DNA of 63,976 bases, filler included, from Olpidium bornovanus S191 (Eukaryota; Fungi; Olpidiomycota), in NCBI GenBank assembly GCA_017911155.1. It is 27 parts of 27 records of this genome, joined end to end, with 100 filler letters (N's around TTAATTAATTAA, not from the genome) between each part and the next. Parts side by side here need not be neighbours in the genome. Positions count along the whole stretch, not along the records: positions 24,699 to 26,246 come from JAEFCI010001052.1; positions 26,347 to 27,429 come from JAEFCI010010909.1; positions 27,530 to 29,200 come from JAEFCI010002999.1; positions 29,301 to 30,613 come from JAEFCI010010474.1; positions 30,714 to 32,032 come from JAEFCI010012474.1; positions 32,133 to 36,181 come from JAEFCI010007041.1; 21 more parts are not named here. One strand, given 5' to 3'. Under the pieces are notes generated by a model, which searched no databases, was not told where the DNA came from, and worked only from the letters and a program-made list of their open reading frames with translations. Position numbers and translations under genes: made by a program. Positions 24,763 through 34,614 of the stretch are shown here, in pieces; within the stretch, counting starts at the first letter, position 1; each line of letters begins with the position of its first letter.

Positions 24763-24806
24763 AAAAGAAAAGCCCCCCGCCCGCCAAAACCGGGCAGGAC
24801 TCAACA

Positions 24807-26246
24807 ATGGACGTTGACGTCGACGACCGCGCCTACCTCGAGGAGGGCTTCGATCCGCTGAAGCTGAAAGTCGCCGACCTCAAGCGCGTGCTCATCAAGC
24901 ACCACGTGGATTTCAGCGCGTCCGCCAAGAAGGCGGAGCTCGTCGACCTGTTCAACGCGAACGTCGCACCCAGGGCGGCCGAGCTGATCCAAAAGGCCAA
25001 GAGCGTAAAGCCCGACTACGGCGCGAGGACACAATCGGTCAGTCTTGGCAGCGCTCTTCCCCCACCCTGCGCTTTCGAGAACTTCGGGGAAGGCCGGCGG
25101 ATAGCCGACCTAGAGCTTGGGTTCCCGGACCCCATACGCGGCCCGGGTGTGGGGAGACGTGGACCAGGCGCTTCGCGTCGCGTTCCAACTCTTTCCGCAG
25201 CTGACTGAAAAACGCTCTGCGATACTTCCAGACGCCCGGGCGAGCTACCCCGAAGCGCGCCAGTAAAGCGAACGTTCCTCGGCGGGTATGTAGTTGTTAA
25301 GAGTTCGAAAGAAGGGACGTTGCATTGACCGGTACTACCGATCAGGTCGCCGCGGGAAGAAAGCACGTTGCTAACCGCACTTCGGCTTGCCACCGTTTTT
25401 CCGTTCCGTAGTCAAAATCCCAGCCTGCCGTCGTCGATCGCGCCAACGGGTCTGAGACAGAATCAGACGCGGATCTGAAGGACCGGCCCTTGCGGACCCC
25501 GAAAGTGAGTTCAGGCCAAAGCGCGGTTTTTCCTCTGCAACGCCCCATCCTCTTACTCAACACGCCCTTGCCGACGCAGGTAAAAGACACCCCCTTTTCC
25601 GACGAGAATCCCTTCCAGAGCGCCAGCGACGCAACCCCCGCGCCGAAAAGAGTCAGATCGCTCAGGAAGAAGAAGACGTCGTCAGTCACAATCGTTGACC
25701 CGGCGGCGGAAAAAGCGGAACAAACAACCAAAACCCCGAAGCCGGCTCCTGCTGCCAAACCGAGCTCTCTTCCGTACCGCGGTGGATATTTGTCGATGAT
25801 GAACACGCCACCATTATCGGTCAAGCAGCCTCTCACGGTCGAACTGGGAGCTACCACGGCGGCTACGCCAACCCGACCGACGTCAACCACGCCTTTCAAA
25901 AAATTCATGACTCCAATTATTCCTCTATACTCCAAGGCGCCGCCGAAAGGCGCGACAACAACCACCTCTATTGATGACGCAGAATCGCCCGTGTCCGCGC
26001 CAGGGGCCTCTCCTGTGTCTTCAGTCGGCACGCCCACCCAGAAGCCCAGAAAGCCTCGGGTATCGACCCCATACCCGTCGAAAGGTGTCCTGAGCCTTTC
26101 CCGGCGTCGCGTAACCCCAAGTTCCCATGCGGGCGAAGAAAGCGACGAGTTGGACGTTGACGACGACAATGTCGGGAGCACCGAAGATGAAGCGGAAACG
26201 AATGAAACCGACGAAGAATACAACAAATTGCTGGAACAGCGTCGCC
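24807..26246 (+). CDS. SRC1: Inner nuclear membrane protein Src1/Heh1/Man1, N-terminal HeH/LEM domain, 3' partial
   Basis: YLEEGFDPLKLKVADLKRVLIKHHVDFSASAKKAELVDLFNANV matches the fungal HeH motif, followed by a disordered Ser/Thr/Pro region containing DENPFQ. Confidence 0.85.
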
Positions 26247-26496
26247 NNNNNNNNNNNNNNNNNNNNNNNNNNNNNNNNNNNNNNNNNNNNTTAATTAATT
26301 AANNNNNNNNNNNNNNNNNNNNNNNNNNNNNNNNNNNNNNNNNNNNGGGGTTGGGTGGAAAAGATGCGGCCTGGCGGGGGCCCTCCGTTTGCGGCGTTGC
26401 TAAGGAGAGTCCGAAGCCCGCGGGCGGCGGCGGCTGTGAGGAAGGGGGGGGGGGGGCGGGGGGGGGGAGGGGGGGGGGGGGGGGGGGGAAAAAAAA

Positions 26497-26532
<36 letters not shown>

Positions 26533-26961
26533 GGAGGGGGTTATGGAAACTCCCGGGATTGCGCTTCGGATCTGCCGCGAATCGGCCATGGCGGGACATG
26601 GCGGTCCGACGAATCAGGTGCCCCTTCGGCTGCGACGAGACCGGGGCGAGAGGCCAGCAAGAACTCCACACAGACGTTCCTGCTTTCACCCCATTTAGAA
26701 ATCACGTGATATTCCCGCTTACTCCTTCATTTGGTATTATGTCATTTTGCCGTTATCAGAGGGGAGGACCAAAGTTCCCCCTGCACCGCCACTTCTCGGC
26801 GGGCCCCTCCGCTCCACCTTTTGAGAGACACGGGCCGGTGCACCCCGGGGGCCGTCGTCGTCGTCGTCGTCGTCGTTACCCTTGGACGTCGCCGGCCCGG
26901 CAGGCGAGAAAGAAGAAGAGAGAGTGCTCGCACGAAACGTCCGCGGCAAAGTGATGTGTGT

Positions 26962-26992
<31 letters not shown>

Positions 26993-27286
26993 GGGTCTGA
27001 CTGTGGGAAAAGGGGGGGAGGAGAACGAGGTGCACTGCGCACATCACGCCCCCCCTGAATTCACCCCTGGAATCCCCTCCATAAAAACCGGGTAGACCGG
27101 CGGAATACAGACGCTCTTCGGGCGCTCCGCTCCTTCGAACCCGAGTTCAACAGGGCGGGGGGGAAAGGAATTCAGGCGCCTCGGAGACGCACGTGACCGG
27201 AACAACCCTTGGCCGCCCCCTTCTGCTCCTTTCCTGCGTTCGCAACCGAGGAACCAGAGAGACAGCTCGCCCTTCTCCGGAACTCT

Positions 27287-27330
<44 letters not shown>

Positions 27331-27529
27331 TTTTTTCGTTTTTTTTTTTTTTGTGTGGCGGCTTGATACAAAAGGGGAGGAGATCTGCACGGCAAACAAC
27401 AACAACAACAACAACAAACAAACAAAAAANNNNNNNNNNNNNNNNNNNNNNNNNNNNNNNNNNNNNNNNNNNNTTAATTAATTAANNNNNNNNNNNNNNN
27501 NNNNNNNNNNNNNNNNNNNNNNNNNNNNN

Positions 27530-29069
27530 CATGGCCGGCGCGGCCACTATGCTCGCGGACCTCACGTCGCTGACGTTGGTCCGCGACTGCGAGGAGAAGA
27601 TGCTCCCGATGGACTTGGCCGGCGTCAGTTCGGCCCGCTTCCGCTGCAGCTGAGCGTTCAGCTTTTCAAAGTGCTCGCTCTGCGCGATCGCGAAGCTGCT
27701 CCGCTCGCCGAGCTGGGCCCGGTACGTCTCGTACGTCGCGGCAACTATCGGAATGACTTCCGCGAGCAGGTCGAAGTAGAGCGACCGGGGGATCTTTTGG
27801 GGGGGCGCCCAAAGAATAAAAAAAAGAAAAGAAAAAAAAAAGGGCGGTGGGGGGGGGGGGGGGGGGAAAGGGGGTCGGGGGGTTGTCAAAAAAAAAAAAA
27901 CGCCGGCGAGAACCCATTCGGGCAGTCCGGCGTTCGGAAAAAAACCCCGTCGCCTTCACCTCGAGCGCGACCCGCTCCTGCTGAGCCGCGAGCATCGTGT
28001 CCCGCGGAGTCCGCTTGGCCCTTTTCTGCCACTTCCGAATGCTGCTCACGAGCGGGAGGTTACTCGTGATGCCCCCTGGCTGAAACCGCGAGACCGGCCG
28101 GGCGGACGAGTCAAAAAGAAAAAACGCCATTCGCCGGGCGTTCCCCCCGACGGCAGGCCTCGAAACGGCGGGGGGGGGGGGGGGGGGGGGGGCCCTTTCT
28201 TTGGGTGCGGGGTTTTGCCGGGCCGGGTCTTTGTTGCCCCCCCAGCCCCGGCGGGGGGCGCGGGGAGGGGGGGGGGGGGGGGGGGGGGGGGGCTCCGTTA
28301 CTTGGGATGCGATGTTTCGCAGGTCCGATTCGTTGATGCCCCGCAAGCCGCTGACGAGGTCCGCGAGGCGCATTTTCTTCCGCAGGCCGGCGGCGGGGGC
28401 GGAGGGGGCCCCGTTGGTGGCGTCGGCCGGCCTTCCGGCAGGGGGCCTCGGCGCCGAGGGCGATTCCGCCTTGCCGCGCGCGGCGTCGTGCTCGCCGGCC
28501 TCTTCTTCGCCGAAGAAGAAGGTGTGGTTGGTGCGCAGGTAGGTGAGCGGGACGAGCGGCACAACCGGCACCTCGTGGGGCCGTGCGCCGGCCTCTTCCT
28601 CCGCCGCCACCGCCGCGCCCTCCGCTTCCTCACGCTCCCTTCGGCCTTCCTCCCCCGGCGCGCCGTCGCCCGCCTCGTGCGCCGCCGGCCTCGCCTCCGC
28701 GCGGGCTGACTCCGCGGACCACCGCCTGCGGAATGCGTGCTGCTGCGCGTCGGCAGGCTCCCCGGCCAGCGACGCCCGCCGGGCAGCCAGCGCGCCCTCC
28801 GCGAGGGCGGCGGCCAGGACGTCGTCGCCGCCCGGCTCGTCATCCTCGGGCTCCGGCGGCACGATTCGCCCGGCCGGGCGCTGCGACCGGGCGTTCGGCG
28901 GCGCCCCGCCCGGCCCCAGGGACGCGGCAGACCGGACGCCGTCGTGCGGCGGCGGCCCTTCGAGGCCCGCGCCGCTCGGTTCTTCGACGTCGTCCCGCCG
29001 GCCGTCTTGACCGTTCATGGTTTTTTTGTTCGCCCCGGGGCGAGAAACCCCCACCCCTCCCGCCGCCAC
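27530..29069 (-). CDS. Hypothetical spliced protein, partial
   Basis: Exon-like frames between GT-AG junctions (LRKKMRLADLVSGLRGINESDLRNIASQ; IPRSLYFDLLAEVIPIVAATYETYRAQL). Family not recognised. Confidence 0.5.
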
Positions 29070-29338
29070 GTCGACGCAGGTCCACCGAAGTTCGGCGCGT
29101 TCCGGGGGGTCCGGCTGCAGACCTGCGACTCCGCCTCAATTTCGCGGAGAAAACTGGTCCACCCCCCCCCCCCCCCCCCCCCCCCCCCCCACCCCACGCG
29201 NNNNNNNNNNNNNNNNNNNNNNNNNNNNNNNNNNNNNNNNNNNNTTAATTAATTAANNNNNNNNNNNNNNNNNNNNNNNNNNNNNNNNNNNNNNNNNNNN
29301 AATGATACCGTGGTTAACGGGGGAACCGAATTTGAACA

Positions 29339-29812
29339 ATGATCGGACTGGAAAAAATACGATATTGTTCGAAATGTAAAGAATATAAGAATTCAGACTT
29401 GTTTTATTCTGGTCAAGCATGGTGTAAGAATTGTAGGCTTGACTATCAAACGAAACGTAGGAGAACACTTTCAACGTCCACTCCGTCGAAGTCTGGAGTG
29501 TCTCCAGTTTCGACAGAGGTAGATCCATTTGAAATCATGCAAGAGAAAACATTGAAACCTACAAAAATAAAGACAATGGAAGTTGGGACACAGACGTTAT
29601 CAAACGAAAGAGAGCATCATCACAATCACTACCACGCGGCGGGGTCTACAGTCGTGTTGTGTAATATCTTTTCAAACTGTTACGGAAAAAGGGCTCTCTC
29701 TCTTCCTCTCTCCCTCTTATCTCCTTTTCTTTTCCGTTGTTTGCGTTTGACGGCGGGAGGAAGAGCTCCAGGGGAAGCTCCCTTCCTGGTCTTGGCATCT
29801 TTGATCACGTGA
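29339..29812 (+). CDS. Small CxxC...CxxC zinc-ribbon-like protein
   Basis: YCSKCKEYKNSDLFYSGQAWCKNCRLDYQTKRRR in an AT-rich frame. A pyrimidine tract at ~29695-29740 suggests an intron, so the 3' end is uncertain. Confidence 0.6.
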   Translation: MIGLEKIRYCSKCKEYKNSDLFYSGQAWCKNCRLDYQTKRRRTLSTSTPSKSGVSPVSTEVDPFEIMQEKTLKPTKIKTMEVGTQTLSNEREHHHNHYHAAGSTVVLCNIFSNCYGKRALSLPLSLLSPFLFRCLRLTAGGRAPGEAPFLVLASLIT

Positions 29813-29877
29813 CCCGTAGAGCGCATCATACGGTTCACAACAAAAACACCAGGCATTCGTTCGCAATAAAACTTTTA

Positions 29878-30180
29878 TTAGTCGCTGTCGCTATCGTAAA
29901 ACCTAGGTCTACTAGATTCTTCAATTTCAGGCGTTCCAGGTTCAAGTTCAGGCTCAGGAGGTGCGGGTTCGTCGGGGTCAGGTTCTAGAGGTTCGCCGAA
30001 GTCGTTACAACACTGATTACAACACTCGTTAAAGTTTACAGCATTTTCACACTCTAAATCACACTGTGCACCACCTTCTTCCTCCTCACAGAGGATGCCG
30101 TTCTCTCCGGTACATTGTTGCGATTTCACGCACACAGTAAATGTCACAACCAACAGGATCGCGTAACGGATCAAACGCAT
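29878..30180 (-). CDS. Small secreted cysteine-rich protein, 100 aa
   Basis: MRLIRYAILLVVTFTVCVKS signal-like N-terminus, 8 mature Cys, acidic PEP-rich tail, TAA overlapping an AATAAA. Confidence 0.8.
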   Translation of the reverse strand: MRLIRYAILLVVTFTVCVKSQQCTGENGILCEEEEGGAQCDLECENAVNFNECCNQCCNDFGEPLEPDPDEPAPPEPELEPGTPEIEESSRPRFYDSDSD

Positions 30181-30220
30181 TTTGCTGTCGGACTTTTGCT
30201 TGTCGTTTATTTCGCGGCGT

Positions 30221-30380
30221 GGCGGAGGGCTGCCGGATGGCGCGGCGGCAGTGCGGCGGAGGGCTGCCGGATGGCTCGGCGGCAGTGCGGCGGAGGGCTG
30301 CCGGATGGCGCGGCGGCAGTGCGGCGGAGGGCTGCCGGATGGCGCGGCGGCAGTGCGGCGGAGGGCTGCCGGATGGCGCG
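30221..30380. repeat. 34-bp minisatellite, ~4.7 copies
   Basis: Unit GGCGGAGGGCTGCCGGATGGCGCGGCGGCAGTGC starts at 30221, 30255, 30289, 30323 and 30357. Degenerate copies continue to ~30570. Confidence 0.95.
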
Positions 30381-30713
30381 CGGGCGACGACGGCGCGGCG
30401 GAAGCGCGCGCGCGGGTGACGATGGCGGGGCGGAAGCGGCGCGCGGGGGCGACGACGGCGCGGCAGAAGGCGGCTCGGCGGGGGACGCCGGATGGCGCGG
30501 CGGCGGCACGGCAGAGAGCTGCCGGACGGCGGCGGCGCGGCGGAGGGCTGCCGGGTGGCGCTTCGGCGGGCACCGCGGGCGCGGACACGCGGCCGCGAAC
30601 GAAACAAAAAAAANNNNNNNNNNNNNNNNNNNNNNNNNNNNNNNNNNNNNNNNNNNNTTAATTAATTAANNNNNNNNNNNNNNNNNNNNNNNNNNNNNNN
30701 NNNNNNNNNNNNN

Positions 30714-31944
30714 CATGCTTTCGCGTTTTCGCGCCGTGGGAAGTTCCGCTTCCGCGGCCAGAAGGCGCACCTCTGATTTTGTCAGATGCGCGAGGGGAAA
30801 CAGCACCTTCCCGCGCAAGATTGTGCAAAAAAACAAGACAATTCCGGCGTTTGCTCGCCATATTCCGTAATATGCGCAGAACGAGTTTTCTTCAAACCTC
30901 CAGAAACCCACTTTCGAAAGCCTGTCTGAGGGAACGCCCGCCAAAAAGAACGACTGGTCCTTTTTCCGGTCGTATGCTGAGGGTCGAGGCGGGCGGAATG
31001 GAGGGTGTCAACCGACGCAACCGTTTCAAAGGAGACCGCTCGCGGCCCGCACGGTTGGCATCTGGCGGGATGCCGTATATTCTTTTTTTCACCAAGTACC
31101 CGTGTCGTTGGCAGTGGGCACGTAGCCCACCCGTCCTCGAACACCCCTTTAACGGTCTAACACAAGTGACCGCGAGCAGTCCGCCGACAGCCCCGAACAT
31201 GATTCACCTCGGTGCAGTTGGCCGCTTTCGCCTACACGCGCGTAGTGGCCTTTTTAAACGGGATCGGGCGGGCACCTCACTCAAATTAGATTCACGTACT
31301 GTTATTGTTTGCAAACAACAACAAAAAAAGAAAAGAAAGAAAAGCCGGAGAAGCGGTCGAGGAGCGGCCAAACGCACCTGTCGCCGGCCAAACGCACCTG
31401 TCGCCAGCCACGTCCGCGGTCGCCGCGCCGCCGCTTCGCCCGTTCCGACTGAAACGGGCCGGGCGTCAAACTTTCCGCCCATGACCTGGTCCCACAGGAC
31501 GCCGAATTTGACTTCCCTGTTGCACCCGATGTCCGGGTTCGGGGTGAGGCCGCTCTCGTAGGCGCGGAGGAGCGGGGCAAAAACGCGCACCCAGTACTCG
31601 CGGGAGAGGTCCAGCCGGTGGCATGGGAACGACCCCGCCGAGGAAGGGGTCCGGGCTTCCAGGGCCCGGCCCGCGCGCTGCACGTCCCGCCAGTTCGCGT
31701 CCGACGGGCAGTTCGAGAGGCCGTCCTCTTCCAACGCGTTCCAGTTGTGCATGTAAACTCCGCACAGGTTGACCCCCGGCGAGTGGTGTTTGTGCAGTAG
31801 CCACGCCGCCAGCGAGGAGTCCACGCCCCCGGACATTGCGACGACAACTGTCGGGACCGTCTCGGTCGGGGGCAGAGAAAAAGGAAAAGAAACAAATGGA
31901 GAGACCCGCCCTCGCCTCGCTCGAACGTCCCGCCAACACGACAC
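30714..31944 (-). CDS. SLM3: Mitochondrial tRNA-specific 2-thiouridylase MnmA/TRMU, spliced, 3' partial
   Basis: VVVAMSGGVDSSLAA, GVYMHNW, YWVRVF, GLTPNPDIGCNREVKFG, ATG|HYARV, DRKKDQSFFL, VLFPLAHLTKSEVR. Confidence 0.96.
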
Positions 31945-31970
31945 GCTCTCGGCAGCACGAAGTTCAAGCT

Positions 31971-32020
<50 letters not shown>

Positions 32021-32248
32021 CCGCGGGGGGGGNNNNNNNNNNNNNNNNNNNNNNNNNNNNNNNNNNNNNNNNNNNNTTAATTAATTAANNNNNNNNNNNN
32101 NNNNNNNNNNNNNNNNNNNNNNNNNNNNNNNNTGCAATGCCCATTATTCCGTACCCAATCACGTTGCTAAGAGACAAATTTTCGACGAAAACCTTCACTT
32201 GGTGCATTCTTCGTAAAAAGAACGCATCCGCCATCGTGTTCGCGGCAG

Positions 32249-34614
32249 TCATGCGCCGACGTTGATGCCGGCGGGAGCTTCCTGTTCCGCCGGACCGCCA
32301 TAGGTTTTGCCGGGGGCGCCGCCATCGCGAGGTCCGCTTCCACCCCGGCCACCACGATAACCGCCTCGGAATCCTCCTCCACCGCGGTACCCGCCACGGT
32401 GGATCCCGTTGCCACCGTTTGGAAATCCCTGGCGGTAGCCTCCTCGTTGAGAATCACCCCCGCCGTTGCCCTGCTGCGGCCGGTTCTGGCGAGGATGGCG
32501 TACTGGCCGGGTGTGCCAGTTGTTCTCGTTATCCTGGTCACGCTGGAAATTGCCGGCGGGCGCACCTTGTCCGCGGCGGGGCGGGGACGAGTCCTTGCGG
32601 TAAAAGTGGCCGCCGTTGTTGTTGTTGCCGCTGTTCGGAGACCGGTTATTGCCGTTATGAGGTCTGAACCGGCGCGGCGGCCGGTTCTGCCTCTCGCGGT
32701 GGGCACGCGGCCCAGGGTTGGCCGAGCCCTCGTCGGCGCAGGGAGTATCAAGTTGCGGATCCGTCGGCTGCTGCTGGTGCTGCTCACGAGCGAAATGCTC
32801 AACAGCCTGATCAGGGATATCGACGACCTCGACGGAGTGGGTGACGGTGGTGACGGTCGTCGTGGTCTGGTCAACTACCAAGCGGGTGAGACCGTTCTCT
32901 TGAACGAGCGCCGAGGCCACGTCCGTTCCAACCGCCGTCGTCTCCGGCTGGGCCTCCTCGACGCCAGGAAACTCGGGATTAGGCTCCTGGTGGGACGGAA
33001 GGCCAGCGGACATCCCAAGGGAACCAAATTGAATGCCCTGCGGAGTAATCATAAAGCCGGGCGAGGCCATATGCTCTTGCGGCATATCCATCGGGGACAT
33101 GGCGGTGACAGCACGGTGCGCTTCTTGTGGGTATGCTCCAACGGCGGCATCCTGATGCGTGAAGTGGAGAGGATGGTGCTGGTGGTGGATGACGTCAGCG
33201 GCCGGGCGCATTTCCTCAGCGGTTTCGTGCAGCGAGCTGGCCTGACCCAGAAGCACGTCCGCGACTTCCACACGTGTTTCCGCAAAATGCTCAGCGGCAT
33301 TCGCAGCACGCAGAAGATTGGACTCCGCATCCTCTTCCGCAGCGTTGGATGGCAGCGGGCTCGAAATCCGCGGGAGATAGAGGAGCTTGTTCAGCAACGG
33401 CTTGAGATACGCGTCTGCAAACCGAATTTTGAGGGACGGTATAATGATGGTCAAGGCGGAGGAGGGAAGCACGCAAACGGAGGGCAAAGACAGGCAAAAA
33501 TTTGATGAGAAACAACGCGGACAGACGGGAAAAGCGTGTAAAACAGGTATCGAAAATGGCGAGGACCACGGGTCTGGAAACAAAACGCGGACACATACAG
33601 GTCATGTCGTGGCCAGCCACGGGGACTTCGGCGCCAGCTGCGAGGTTGGACAAGATGCTGTGCAGCTCGGCGTCGGCGGCATTTTCCGGGTGGGCTCGGG
33701 TGAGGAATACGTCCTTGAGCAAGTCGAGGGCGCCGACTTCATCTTCGTTGAGGGGGGGGTAGGATTGGGCCGCGTTATCGGGAAGGCTCGGAACGATGGC
33801 AAGCAGAGCGTAGACGCTCCGCACGGCCTCGACGACGCGGGACTCGGCGGCCCGGCGCTCCTCGTCTCTGACACGGGCGATGGCTGCCGCGTGGGCCCTG
33901 TCCAGCTCCTGCCTGATCTTGCGCGTGCGTGCGGCCTCGTCTTTCTCGAGCTGAGCAGCGTGGTTGTTCAGGTCTTCCAGTTCGTGCAGGGCCCACTGGA
34001 CCTCTGGCTTGCGCGACAAAGCCTCAATCTGGTCCTTGTTGAGGCTGGCCTTGTCCATCTCCTCGTACTTTTCGATTTTCGTCTGCGCGGGACCGATTCG
34101 CGACGGGAAAAAGTACGGAGGGGAAAGAAACGCCCGCGCCGTTAGAGAGCCCGCCCGGCGGAGAATTTGCGCGCCGCTGCGCGTTCCCTGGCTGCGCGCA
34201 ATCGACGGGACAAAGGGAGGGGCGGGACCCGCCGGCGTGGGTTGGAACGGAGCGAGCGCGCTACGTGGCGGTTCGTACCCAGAGCTTCCGCAGGGTCCTC
34301 GTCCTCTTGGCGATGAGCTCGGCAATGCCGGCGGCCGCTGTGCGGTCGTCGAGGGAGGGAACAGCAAGGGGCTCCGAGGCCGCACACATCTCGGCGGGCG
34401 TGCGCGCGTCGACGCCGCTGTCCTTCGAGGTCGACCCGGCGTCGCCGCCTTTTCCCGCTTCCGCCGCCGCCGCCGCCGCCACGGCGGCCCTCTTCCTCCT
34501 CTCCGTGCGCCGCAGCCTTGGCTTCCCCCCTTCCGCCTCCAGGCGGTTGGCAGGCGGGCCGGCGCGCGGCGGGGCGTCCGCGGCGGCGGCGGTCGCGGCA
34601 GCTGCGACGGTCAT
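32249..34614 (-). CDS. Caprin-1/YAG7-like coiled-coil protein with C-terminal RGG boxes
   Basis: LIAKRTRTLRKL|...KIEKYEE...LNKDQIEALSRKPEVQWALHELEDL resembles the Caprin dimerisation helix. C-terminus is RGGYRQG...RGGYRGGGGFRGGYRGGRGG. GT-AG introns. Confidence 0.7.

Noticed and set aside
30221-30380. CRISPR-like array (34-bp units)
   Set aside because: Units are directly head-to-tail with no unique spacers, there are no cas genes, and the context is eukaryotic.
29301-30613. Giant-virus (endogenous viral element) origin of this contig
   Set aside because: No viral hallmark gene, the hairpin is only 7 bp, and there is a probable spliceosomal intron. Kept only as a weak possibility.
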